Assembly (NCBI GenBank): GCA_038496445.1
Contig: JALMLS010000323.1
Location: 1-64,000 of the forward strand
Length of the DNA stretch: 64,000 bases
DNA from: Trichosphaerium sp. ATCC 40318
Taxonomy: Eukaryota > Protista > Tubulinea
Reading direction: 5' to 3'
The position numbers were made by a program, and so were the translations under genes. Below the pieces are notes generated by a model. The model was not told the origin of the DNA and did not search any database. It worked only from the letters and a program-made list of their open reading frames with translations. Shown piece by piece: positions 40,219 to 52,570 of the stretch (position 1 is its first letter; every line of letters starts with the position of its first letter).

Positions 40219-40609
40219 CTCCTTATCAACGAACAGGTTTTCAAACACTAACTAAAACACTATGTGATTCGAATTATGATAATTTTTATTAAGACAGAGG
40301 CGACATAGGATCTCAAAATCCAGTATCTCATCCACGACTGTTTTCGTCTTTGTGAGGCATTATTATTACGAGTTTTCCACGCCAACACATTACATTACAG
40401 CGCGAAAATGCGTAAAGTCAACGATGGTAATTGTTCGTAGTTTTTTATAGCGATTTAAACCGTTTATACGCGTAGATAAAGCGCTCTTGAATGACGTGTA
40501 AATAGTAACGTAAAAAACAACACCAATACACAAAAAAAGGTACGTTTCAAAGCAACTTGAGTACAAAATACCTTTTTTTGTACTAACAGATACATAATTG
40601 CTATAGATA

Positions 40610-42582
40610 ATGCAATCTGACGAAGGTAAAGCAAATGAAAACCTGTGGAACGCATTATGGGGCTACGTACTCGGTACAGACGCAACAGGAGAAACAGACG
40701 AATTAAAAGATAACGAAGAAGATGATAATGACTCTGAATCTTCTCACGTGCTAGGTACGCTTCTTATTCGCTCGTAATTGGCTTGTTATCACCATACGCG
40801 TAACTACCGTTGTAAAAAAATGTACTTCGCGAAAACGTAAGTCATTATTTATTTTCCCATTAGCCACCGCCATAAAAGATGTTTCCAACGTTACTCTATC
40901 ATTATGGGATAACGTATCAGGCCCACGATTTGAAAAGCTATGGATTTCTCCTTTAGACAAGTCCACGCCAGAAGATCGTATGTACGCTTCACGTTATACT
41001 CTTGGTTCCGAACTAGTTTCTGACGGGTACGCCAAAAACAAGGTCCTATATGACGCAATCCTAACAAGCGCTAGTGCGCACATGGAGATGAAGTTTCAGG
41101 TAGTTCCTGAACGTAAATATTTCAGTCACAGCAGATTATTCAGAGCACAATATAGAGGCGCTTTAACTCTTTTTGCTCTTTCTGTAGCCTTCCCTTTGGC
41201 TTCTCTACCACACTACCTGCGATTACACCATATTATACAAGACCGTGTTAAGCATCTAGTTATTATGTATATGTACTTATTAAGAAAGACAGTACGTTTG
41301 ACGATGATGAACAAAAAATTCCAAACATATTTTGATTTTTTTTATTTGACTTCAGACCTTGAAATCTCTGCACGTACTGCACTTAAACAGAAAAAAAAAT
41401 TGTAGTTCGTTTATGTATGGATAATTTACCTTTAATAGAACGAGGAAAAAGCTCTGGAGGTTTTCGATGCTCACGTGCCGATTTTTATGAAAGAAGTTGA
41501 CAACCTCTTTGCTGCAGGACCACAACCGGCTCAGTTCCATAAAACAATTTTCCAACAGCAAGCATCAAACAAAACTGATTTGGCTTTTCTTGCAAAAGCT
41601 GTTACAAGCCATTTACAAACCCATGGGTCTACAGTAGTTATTGGAAATGATGTACAAAGCCTAGAATCATATCTAGAATCTCTATCATTTTTTTTGGTAT
41701 GGGATGAAAAAAAAAGAGCGTGCACACGTGTTGATAGAGGTAGAGGTTATATTCCAGACTTGCTTCTACAAGGTATCATAGCAGATAGTATTCCAGACGA
41801 AGAAATAATCAAATCAATGCTACCAACAACACTTGTTGACTTAAACAATATGACTGTTAAGCAAACACATCCATACCATGAATACAGTGTTTTGCGTAGA
41901 GAATACCTTAAACGTAGAAATCATGAACTGGTGGTATCTGGTTATCCGGTACCTGGTAACTTCTGGAATGCAGCGTACGTTCAAAACAAGAAAAAGAAAA
42001 ACCTTACGAGCTCAAAAGCATGGATTTTGTTTCAAATCACTTTTTTTTTCTTTTTTTTTTTTCTCGTTCTTCAGCAACTTATTGTTTTGTCGTAGAGAGT
42101 TATTTCGTCCTGTAAAGAAAGGATCACTTAGTATTGAGAATATTATGCATGGTATTTATAAACTACCAATACACTTGAGAGAAGGATACATTCATCAGTC
42201 AATGCGTTTATTAAATAGAAGAGCTCTTTTATTAATCAAATATGTTGAAGCTCTTTTAAAAGCATCTACAGAAGATCGTGTAGATGTACTTGATCCTAAT
42301 GCTGTAAAGAAAATAAGACAAGACTTGGGATTAACAGAAACTTGTTTTACTGTTCTTCTTGGTATTGCTGAGAAGTTACAACCTGGTATTTACGTAAAAT
42401 TGGTTGGTGATCCTGGTATGATTGAAGCAAAGTTTGTACGTGAAAAAATTATCAAAAAAAAAAAAATCAAAACATTTTCTTCATTATTGTTCTTTTGTCA
42501 GTACTGACCATCATACCCACCCTGTTTATACAAAAGTTGCTTACACCTTTGTGTTTAGATTGAGCTTTTTGAAAACTTTTAA
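40610..42582 (+). CDS. C9orf72: C9orf72-like DENN-family protein
   Basis: LSLWDNVSGPRFEKLW, YTLGSEL, MKFQVVPE, TVVIG, YIPDLLLQG, PTTLVDL..VKQT, IAEKLQPGI. Confidence 0.88.
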
Positions 42583-42655
42583 ACCAAGGATTTTGATGCT
42601 AGCGTGTTGCGAGTGCTGTTTTATGATAACTAAGATAAATGATTGGTAATCCACA

Positions 42656-43702
42656 TCACATTTTCATTCTCTTTGGAAGTGCATTGAAGTAGTCCATTAC
42701 AAATAATGTTACAAATGAATACCATGAAGATCTCATCATACGTGCTGGTAAACTTGCGTAGAAACCATACATGCCATGTCTGTGCATAAACTGTAAAAAA
42801 AAACGAAAAAAAAAGAAAAGTTCATCAAAAAAAAAAACTAAAAAGAGTTTAGTTGTTCCGTACTGTGAAAAGATTATTTTTGCCGATGATAATGTCGGTT
42901 TTATAAGAGGTGTTTGTTGCTGTATTTGTGTGCGTAGCATATCGAATGGTGTGCTAAATAGGCATGCTGTTGATCCAGTGGCTATGCTCACCATTGCTTT
43001 TTCAAGTCCTGTAGCTTTTTTTTTCCCACTTGTTGACATTACCAATTGTCTATACTTATCATAAAAGTATAAGTACGATGTCCAAGTGATGACTTGACGT
43101 GTGAATATTCTACCCCAACCACGTGAGAATGTTAAAAGTCCTTCTTGTTTGAGTGCTAACACGTGACCACCTAGAAATAAAAGTTAAAATTAATAACCAG
43201 CATCCGAACTGCCACATACGGATCCCTTGTGAGCGTTGCTGTGTAGACATTGTCATTTCTTTAGTACGCATTAGTTCAAGAGGACACGTGATAGTAGTCT
43301 CAATGAATGCACCAGTAAAACCTACAAGTACAGGCACGCTAAACTGAAGTGAGCTCATTGAAAAAAAACTTGATGTAACAATCTTCTGTTGTCAAAAAAA
43401 ACGTACTATGGTGAGTCTGTGAAACGATTTCCGTAGAATTTGAATAAAGCGTTGTTTAATGTCCATCGTGCAGCACCTTTCCAGCATGCCATGACCAAAT
43501 TCCAACGTAATCCAGCGTAAAACTCTCCAATGCCTCCTTTTTTGTACATGTTTTGTAGTGTGACAGACAAACGCATCGGGTGCGTCTGTTGTTGCGTAGA
43601 AACGCGGTTAAGGATATGGCCAAGCGTCAATAAATCAGTTAGTTGCCCCAACCCTCCAAACATGAAGCTTGTGAGGTAGCTTGGCTCAGAATACGTTGAC
43701 AT
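42656..43702 (-). CDS. Mitochondrial carrier (SLC25) family protein, divergent
   Basis: Three repeats: GHILNRVST / CPLELMRTKEM / TPFDMLRTQIQ, with GIGEFYAG, GLLTFSRG and GMYGFYAS segments. Confidence 0.85.
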
Positions 43703-43946
43703 CACGCAAAATGTCGCAAAGTCAGTATTTGCCGATTTCAAGGCACAAAGGTCAACAGACAGTCAAAAGCGGCTGGTTCTAGGTGATGAAGCACGCTATT
43801 ACAAAACAAACGAACCAGCAATTGATTGTGGCTCGTTTCTTAACAAAACCGCTCTTTCCGTTTGTATGTAGGTTGCAGTAACGCACCAGACCTTTATACG
43901 CGGATTAAACGTCAAATAAAGTCAATTGAGTATTTGGAGCTTTTGA

Positions 43947-46700
43947 ATGATTCCAAACGCTGCCACGAACATTGCAACGCGCATACGGATATCCTCAAGG
44001 CGAAAGAAGAATGACAGCTCAAAAACTTCACAAACAACGCCACCCGTACCACACTGGGACAGTGTTCAGTCTCAAAGGTTAGATAAAAGGCGCACCGCCA
44101 ATCTAACAAAGTGTAAAGGCAATTTTTTGACAACTTCGTCGCCTTGAAGATTGGAGTGAAGACACAAGATGGTTGGTACAATGTAACCGCACGTGATATT
44201 GAAGAGCATTCTGGGAAGACGTTCATGTCAATGTACGTAATGACACTAGGCAACAATGATCACAACACTGTCATGTACTTTGTAGTGAACTTGGAAATCT
44301 TTGACTCCTGTATGTTTTTAACGCTCACTATCCTGACTAGGTACAATGGCTCCACTGCAATTGCACTTCAAACAATATATTCTGAGTTTAACTTGAATAC
44401 ATGGCTATTTACGTATGCTTATTGTGCAGCTGTTGATAAAGGAAACTTAGTTTCTTTCTAGAAAAGCACCTCAAAATTATTGGGATGATATTGAGCATCA
44501 TTATCTACCTTTTGAGTATGTAGGTGAAGTTCTCGGTATCCATACATTCGATGGTTGGTATAATTACACCCTACATCAATTTCAGAATGAAGGAGGTGGC
44601 AATTTAGTAGAGAATAAGTAAGCTAATTCTATTTCGAAAAAAAACCAGACATACCATTATAATATGACGTATCTGTCACGTGTTGACTTTTCCAATCTTA
44701 GATATCAAGGATCGCTATCAAGTGCTTTGAAGATACTATATCCAAGTTATACATGGAATCCATCTTACTTTGTGTACGCACTCCATACCAAATTGGAATG
44801 GAGTTCTTAACACTTTTTTTGCAGATCTGCACCAAAACACCACTGGGACGATATCAATAATAGACGTCACCAAGTAGATATACTTGGCAGAAAACTAAGT
44901 ATTAAGATCCTAGATGATTGGTATACAGTATCTACGCCAGTGCTCAACGAACACGGAGGAGAGAGTATTTTGAAACTGTAAGTTCTTCTAACTTTGTTTA
45001 AAAAACCCAATTTCTAACTTATTTAGCTATAATGGTTCTAGCAGTGCAATGTTAACTGAACTGTTTCCTTCATTCCCTTGGGATCATATGTTATTTCTGT
45101 ACGCCTTTTATAAAACGCGCTGTTGTACGTCTAATCTTCCTTACTTTCTGAATAGTAAGGCGCCACGTGGACACTGGGAAACGTCCGACCACCAAATCAG
45201 CTTGCTAGATAAATTGGCACAATCTCTTGACTTGTGTATACTCGACGATGTGCGCTACACTACTCATTATGTCAAATTAATTAGTTTTAGTGGTATGCTG
45301 TGGAACCCAAACACATCTATGCTCTTGGTGGTAACAGAATTCTTAGCAGGTAAATATGAGAAGAATACTATTCTTTAACCACCTCTGATTTGTTCGACAT
45401 CTTTTCAACAGCTCTTTTATTTGACATTACGCTAATAAATGGGTTTGTAGATATGGCGGATCTATTATAAAAACATTAAAAAGCCTTTACCCACAACACA
45501 AATGGAAGTTGTCCAAATTTGGGTACACCAATTGACTAATTTTTGCAATGGTATTTTAGCACTAACTACAATACATAAAAGATCAAAATCAATGTTTTGG
45601 AAATCAGAGTTTAAGAAACGGCTAGACGCCTTTGGAAAGCAGCTTGGTATTTCTAAAATAGATGATTGGAACCACTTTACTTCCTCAGATATAAACAGAC
45701 TAGGTGGCGCCTATATTCTACGCATGTAAGCAGTTGGTATCCAAAAAAAAGCCTTCTTAAAGTTGAGGTTATCATGTGATTGTTTAACGGGGTTTTTTGT
45801 TGTAGGTACAATGGATCATTATCTACTGCTTTAAAGGATCTTTACAACTTTCGTGTAAGACATTGGGAAACAAAAGAATACCAAAAATCCTTTCTGCAAC
45901 AAGTTACTCGTAAACTAAACATAAACTCGTCAGCACAATGGTAAGAAGTTAAGCCTTTTTTTTTGTGCTTACTTAACTTGCAGGTATCGTGTTTCTATTC
46001 GCGATATTGCCGCCTTAGGCGGACGAAAATTACTAGGGAATTACCCACAAGTGCTAAAGATCCTTGATCCCAGCTTTTCATGGGATTGGTCAAAATTCCC
46101 ACACGTCAAACGATCACGCCAAAGGTTTGTTTTGTATTTTTTAAAGTAATTTGGTTCAGGTTGTTGTTACACTATATGATGGAGATATTTGAAGGCTATT
46201 CAGTATTGGAAGAACACGCTATAGGACTGAGACATGCTGCAAAGGGGGCATTACTAACTGTGGACGTATTCATCCCATCTCTAGACTTGGCAGTCGAATA
46301 TCAAGGTATTACTCCTAAAATAGAACAGATTGAAGTTGGTGAAGTTTTGATTAACCCACAACTAGGAGAACAACATTATAATGATAAAGTCTTCCCAGAA
46401 GGTCTACCTGTTACAGTTCGTCAATCTATAGATAGTGAAAAAGCTCAATTATGTGCTGATAAAGGTACAACCTTACTTGACAAGTTACTCTCGTTATTCT
46501 TATTTTTTCTTCAAGGTATTTGTTTGGTACCTGTCCCATATTGGTGGAATGGTAAAATAGATAGTCTCATAGCCACTTTAAAGTATCATAAGCCTGAATT
46601 ATCAATACAAGTACCAAAAGGCGCTCAACCTATTAGCAATCTTCCAAAGAAGAACCTTTTTTCAAATGCATTAATGGCTCCAGCTGAGATTGCAACATAG
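43947..46700 (+). CDS. Protein with 6 Trp-rich ~70-aa tandem repeats and a C-terminal RAP/Vsr-like (PD-(D/E)XK-fold) nuclease domain
   Basis: Repeats AP..[YH]W...L.I...DDWY......GG..IL..YNGS...AL..LYP...W...F. C-terminus VDVFIPSLDLAVEYQG-EQHY...DSEKAQLCADKGICLVPVPYWW. Confidence 0.8.
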
Positions 46701-47063
46701 CTATAAGTCGGTAGATGGAATTACGTGTTGTATGTATAATGTAAATTAGCTAAATAAGAACAACTCAAATAATTTATTATTAATTGAACGCAGAATCACA
46801 GAAATTCAATTTTTATTTTATATTTACCTCTGAAAATCCTGTCATATACATGTCGCCCACAAAACTTGGTCCATTTAGGACGCTTAAAACTATTCAGGTG
46901 GTAAGTATTGTGGTGTATATTACATCAATCTAATGTTATTTAGTGAACATCCAGACGGATGTATTAAAAAAAAATCAATGAGTGTTGACAATTTCGCTTT
47001 ATAAACCATACAGGCCTTGACTTGTATGATTTTATTTTGGCATTATAAACCATATGCGTATAA

Positions 47064-48038
47064 TTAGGCCTTATATATAATCATCTTTCGCCCATTCCCA
47101 AAATTGCATTGCTCACACAATTGGCCATTTTCATACCAACTCTTGTACGCTCCTTCTCGTTCACCATTCACAAAAAGGCCCTGCTCATGCAATTGGCCAT
47201 TGCCATGCCAACTCTTGTACTCTCCTTCAAGTTTACCATTGACATAGTTGCAATGATCTCTCAAACGCCCATTGGCATGCCAACTCTTGTACTCTCCTTC
47301 TCGATTACTATTTACAAAATTGTATTGTTGAAACAATTGCTTGCTATTGAAATACCATTTTTTGAATTCTCCTTCAAGCTTATCATTGACATATTTGTAT
47401 TGCTGTTTAAGTTGTCCATTTTCAAACCAACATTTGTATTCTCCTTCTTTTTTACCATCTACATAACTTAACTGCTCACACAATATGCCATTTCCATACC
47501 AATACTTGGACTTTCCGTTAAGCTTACCATTGACATAATTGCACTGCTGTTTAAGTAGCCCATTGTCATACCAGGAGTTGTATTCTCCTTCTCTTTTGTC
47601 ATCTACCAAACTGTACTGCTCCTTCATTCGCCCATTGTCATACCAATTCTTGAAATCTCCTTCAAGCTTACCATTGACAAATGTGCACTGACTTTTCAAT
47701 TGCCCATTGTTAAACCACCACTTGTACTTTCCATGGCTGTTACCATATGACCAATACTCTTGCTGAGTCTGATAATAAACAAGTAAGACCACTGTCAAAA
47801 AAAACAAACTTACAACTTGGTTGTTATGTGTCGTTCTCTTTTGCCATTTTCCATGTTTTCTCATCTCACTGTCAAACCTTGTGGTTATTGCGCAGTGTTT
47901 TGAAAGAAGCGGCCAGATTAAATACACTGATGCGTCAAAATCGATGATATAAAGCTGAATCTCAACAGGAAGGCATAACATATGGTTATCATTAGATTCT
48001 ACAGTAAATCGCTTCTCATTGTTTGCTACGTTCATCAT
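47064..48038 (-). CDS. F-box-like + MORN-variant (YwqK-like) repeat protein
   Basis: LCLPVEIQLYIIDF N-terminus; about 9 units of EGEYKSWYxNGQLxxQCNYVNGK; probable 51-nt in-frame intron at 47763-47813. Confidence 0.85.
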   Translation of the reverse strand: MMNVANNEKRFTVESNDNHMLCLPVEIQLYIIDFDASVYLIWPLLSKHCAITTRFDSEMRKHGKWQKRTTHNNQVVSLFFLTVVLLVYYQTQQEYWSYGNSHGKYKWWFNNGQLKSQCTFVNGKLEGDFKNWYDNGRMKEQYSLVDDKREGEYNSWYDNGLLKQQCNYVNGKLNGKSKYWYGNGILCEQLSYVDGKKEGEYKCWFENGQLKQQYKYVNDKLEGEFKKWYFNSKQLFQQYNFVNSNREGEYKSWHANGRLRDHCNYVNGKLEGEYKSWHGNGQLHEQGLFVNGEREGAYKSWYENGQLCEQCNFGNGRKMIIYKA

Positions 48039-48621
48039 TACAAGTAGCGTAAAGTTAACGAACTCACTGGAAATGCTACGTACTACGTTTTGAGCTTGGG
48101 TATTTAAAGACCACGTGCCTTAACTATTGATCGTTCCGTAAGAATGATGTTAAAGTGTTGTTTTCAATTTCATTTCAGCTATTGATTGTCATCATAGTCC
48201 ACAAAAGCTTCCATTGCTGTATAGACTACTAGCAATTGATCCAAACTAGCACCAAAGTCTCTTATAGAAGTGGTAGTACAAGACAACCAAGGGTAACATG
48301 ACATTTTTCGCGCCAACTGACACAATTACATGTTTGTTGGTATTCTTTATTGAGGCAAGGAGGCTCGTGCATGTTCTTAACTTGGCTCTAGCAGCGCAAA
48401 AGAGCTATTCGAGTCGAGTACACTATGGGGAACACTACGCTACCACCTTGCTATGAAGACATATTGTTCTAACTGTCACAAAGAAGACATCCGTCAAACC
48501 TAGTACGCCAACAATGTATTTCAAATGCTTACATTTCGGTTCTCCTTTAGTTAGTTTGTTTATTATTGTTGTCAGAGAGGTACTAAAGTTTTATATAATA
48601 CAATATTAATCACTTATTTTT

Positions 48622-49442
48622 TTACCGGAAGAGCGTAAGACTTGTACTTTGGTGTTTTTTCTTCCTCAGCAAATCCTTCTTTCGTAGCCTCAACTTCACT
48701 AGTGGTCATTCTTTCTAATGCTTCATGTTCACCTTCAGCCATATTAATCATAGTATCATCAATCCTATCACGTGTAAATCACGTGGCATGAACAAATTCC
48801 ATCAAAAAAAAACCCAAAAACCAATCAATAACATTTGCTTGCAAGTTTTCTAAAGCCGAAACAACCATCCCAACACTCACCAGTGAATCAATCTATCAAG
48901 TAATATTTCTGCAACATCCTCAACATCATCAAGATCTTCTTCAACCATTAAACTAACAACATCACTGACTGCTTTTTTCTACAACAACATTACTCCGGTA
49001 ATCTTCACTCTCTTTCAGTACCATTGGGTTGTATTCAAACAAGCTTCCACGTAGTATCAGTAAGAGTGTAATATCACCTTCTTCTTGTTTGTATGCTGGT
49101 GCAATTACATTGCACAAGCTATCACAATCAAGCTAAACGTTTAATCGTTAACATTAAACGACTTGCACGTTTGAAGCTCACTTTTTCGTCAATGTCTGCA
49201 CATGATGTATGACAATACAGCGTCAGCAGTGTGATTACGTCTTCTGCAGCGTATTCTATTTCTGTGTTGTCTTGGTTCGTTTCTATTTACTATTTAGTAC
49301 GTATAGTGTATTCCTACAGCGTACCGTAGCTATATGCCTGCTCTTTAACTAACTTCTCAACGTTTTTAGCTTTTTCAATATCGAAGGCGCCTAGCGCAGT
49401 GCCATACAACAGAAACGCAAGAACGCACAAGTAAAGCTGCAT
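48622..49442 (-). CDS. Secreted acidic hypothetical protein
   Basis: MQLYLCVLAFLLYGTALG signal peptide; spliced exons with CHTSC and CDSLC plus acidic helices; ends SLTLFR*. Confidence 0.6.
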
Positions 49443-49507
49443 TCAATAGGATAGAACTACAAATCAACAACGTTTGGCGTTTGAATGTGCCAGACTGCGA
49501 CAAGATG

Positions 49508-49807
49508 TCATTTCGCTGTATAGACCTTTAAAATTGCTAATAGAGCGTCCTTGTCTGGTTTTTTGGCTATAACATCCTCCTTTTTTGCTTTAGTGAGTGC
49601 TTTCATCTTGTACTCCACTTTTGACGCCAAAGAGCGACTCCCTATACTCGTGTGGTATACTAGAGTTAACGGTCCCTTATATCTCAAGTATTTAGAACCC
49701 AACTTTAGCCCAGAATGCTCAGCTAAGCGTCGAACGACATCTGTCGTAATACCAGTATAGAGAGTGTTGAATCGAGTGCGTATAAGATAGATGTACCAAC
49801 TTGACAT
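49508..49807 (-). CDS. Small GIY-YIG nuclease family protein (UPF0213/YhbQ-like), intronless
   Basis: WYIYLIRTRFNTLYTGITTDVVRRLAEH...GSKYLRYKGPLTLV...SRSLASKVEYKMKALTKAKKE. Confidence 0.93.
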   Translation of the reverse strand: MSSWYIYLIRTRFNTLYTGITTDVVRRLAEHSGLKLGSKYLRYKGPLTLVYHTSIGSRSLASKVEYKMKALTKAKKEDVIAKKPDKDALLAILKVYTAK

Positions 49808-50090
49808 GTCCTGCTGCTTATTTACAGCCTGTATTGTAGTATTTTGCGGTTTGTACTAAATGTAGACAGAATAACGTTGAAATTTTGTACTTACAGTTTT
49901 GAGTTCTTTTATTACATGTCATGACCTGTTACACATCACGAATTTGTGAAACACGTCATTAAAAAGCAATTTAAAGAAATCAATAAGTTAGTCACACTTG
50001 AACAATTATAGCATCCGTTCAAAAATTACCTTTTTTGGAACACCACTGGCACTCCTTATACTGAAAATGGGCAAAAATTATTTGTTTATT

Positions 50091-51712
50091 CTAGAGGTAA
50101 CCCACACCGAATAGATAGCGTAATTGTTCGCACCTACAGTAACAAAAAATTAAGTAAAACCATCTTTTATAATTCTTCAAAAAAAAAACTCAAACGCACA
50201 ATGGTAAAGCCATAATAGAGTGCGGTCCAATACGCATATAATTTGGTACCCATCCTCTGACTATATGCACTTATTAGATACTTATCGGATTACCTAACGT
50301 ACATAAAACAGCCCATCCATCAGCTTGTATACTGTACAAAATCACTTAGAGAAAAAGTGACATTTTGGATATTTTGTAGTACCTTCTTAGTGCACATTGA
50401 AATGAGTTTTTGTATGCTGCATTAGATTTTGCAGCCATAATTCGCGTCTTTATAACATCTGCTGGCGATGATACTGTAGTAGTAACTAATCCACTCACTA
50501 GACTTGCAAGGATATGCAAAAGAGGTCCATCGTCCATTAATTCATGTTTTCGAACAAAATGCTAAGCAAATGAGCGCACACAAATGCTTTCCAAATTAAC
50601 CTTAGTATGATCATAACTCGCTAGTTGTGATGAAGTCAATAGAGCAGCTCTTATTGTAGTAGGAGATACACCCTAGAAATAAACAAGAATGAACATAAAG
50701 CACAAATCATCAACAAAAAAAAAACTCGAGCAGTTGTACCTTGTACAAACCAGTTAATCCTTCAGCCTTAAATACCTCTGCAAATCCACGAAGGGTACTT
50801 TTATACGGACTTGGCTCGCCTTTTTAAATTAAAGAATTAATCACGTGACTAAGTAATTAACCCAAAAGCTGATCAAAGAATAAACTTAAGATAGATACCT
50901 GGAAGTCTCGCTTGAAATCGAACTTTAATCAGATCTGTAGGTGTTGCCTTTTTGAAAAAATTAGAAGACAATGTCAGAATGTTGGAAAAAAGTACAAGAG
51001 CTGAGCCAATACCACCTGATATCAAACTAATAGTTACATCAAACAAGAATAAACACAAAGCCTAAATAGATAGAACCCTTACCCAGCGCCTATCTTCTTT
51101 ACCAAGCCAATATCCCCTTCAACACCAGGTGCCAAAAAGTTTTTTGCAGGGTCATATAATCCCATCCTAATTGATGAATATACAGCTTCTCTGTACATTG
51201 ACGCAGTTATTCTACATTTACAGAAAAGTTAAGAAGACACATTGTCGTTGATACACAAACACGCTACGTACCCACGCCAAAACCCAACCATACCTTCTTC
51301 AGACCACGTGGTTGTTATTGCATGGCGAAAATTGTTGTATTTGACATTTCCGCCTATCACAACATTTACGCTTAAAAAGTGTGGAATACTAAACAACGTA
51401 CTGTTTAATGCGTTTTGCGTCTGAATACGCACTTTAATAGTGTCGATAGGGTGTAAAACTACCAAGAATTAGACATACAGGTACTTGATGTATGTACAAA
51501 AGGTTTTAAGCGATACGCAGCGAGTTTGCTGTGTAAAATAAAAAAGCAAGCTGAAGTCTCAAAACAACGCACGAGCTGATATAGCCATGCACGACAAACC
51601 CCCAGCGGCGTATTTAGCTGTAGCCTGCCATAATGTTGGCTTTCCGTCTATAAATGACAATTAGATAACGTATGCTATACGCCTACGCCAAACCATGTGG
51701 TATTGTGGCCAT
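50091..51712 (-). CDS. Mitochondrial carrier, UCP/dicarboxylate-oxoglutarate subgroup
   Basis: HPIDTIKVRIQ, TPTDLIKVRFQ, SPADVIKTRIM; YSSIRMGLYDP; RAALLTSSQLASYDH; GWVPNYMRIGPH. Confidence 0.92.
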
Positions 51713-51888
51713 TAGACCCTATCCTGTTGAAGTAAACAAAAAATACTTTGTGGACGCTTCTTGACGTCTTTTTAGACGAGATTACGCAACAAAACAATAC
51801 GCAAGATCATATTACATTAAACTCCGTGGACACACTACAAGATGTTCACGTGCGAAAAAAAGTGAGAAACTTTACTCAAACAACAAAG

Positions 51889-52433
51889 TTATAAACTACC
51901 AATTCTACTCGACAAAACGGTCAGAAGAGCTCCATTAATACTCATCACACAAGCATGGTATGCTTGGTTCATTATCCAAAGCTCGAAAGGACGATCCTCT
52001 ATGATAGATTGTCAGCACGAACAGTTTTTTGGATTTTTTTTAAATCGCAAAGTTTTTCAAAACGTGCCCCAGAAAGTATGCAATAAAGCAGCTCCTGCCA
52101 TTGCTGTGGTGAGGAATACGCCACAAAGAGCTCCATGGAAAGGATTTAAGACTTGATAGACTTGTAGAAGCTGATAGAGAACACTATTCATTACAATACC
52201 GCCAACAAAGCTCGAAACGTTCGCTTTTATAAATTCTGCTTGACTTGTATTTGGCGGTTTAGATCTAGTGCCTCTGTACATTATCTGTATCCATATTTTA
52301 CCCATAATAGGGCCGTAGTACATAAACCCTAATTAGCGTTAACGCATTTGGGTTAAACCGTTTAAAACTTACCACAAAATTGTTGTACAATGGATACTAC
52401 GCCAACAGACAGAAAAGCAGTAAGGAAACTCAT
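51889..52433 (-). CDS. DUF1761-like small membrane protein
   Basis: GFMYYGPIMGKIW...LLHTFW-EDRPFELWIMNQAYH pattern; four hydrophobic segments. Confidence 0.7.
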
Positions 52434-52570
52434 GTTTGTTTCTAGTAATTTTGAAAATTTCCAGCCAAAAAACCCGCCTTAAACTCAGAATGCAAGATGC
52501 ATTTTTCATTGGTCTCCATTTAATTGTTTCCAAAAACAACTAAACAACGCAAATCAAAGTCAGTGCGCTC

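Noticed and set aside
48100-48560. Possible small gene or ncRNA between the MORN gene and the secreted protein
   Set aside because: Only short open fragments; no coherent spliced model or recognisable RNA motif.
49450-49900. GIY-YIG gene as part of a mobile element (Penelope or homing endonuclease)
   Set aside because: No reverse transcriptase, terminal repeats, target-site duplication or host intron is visible.
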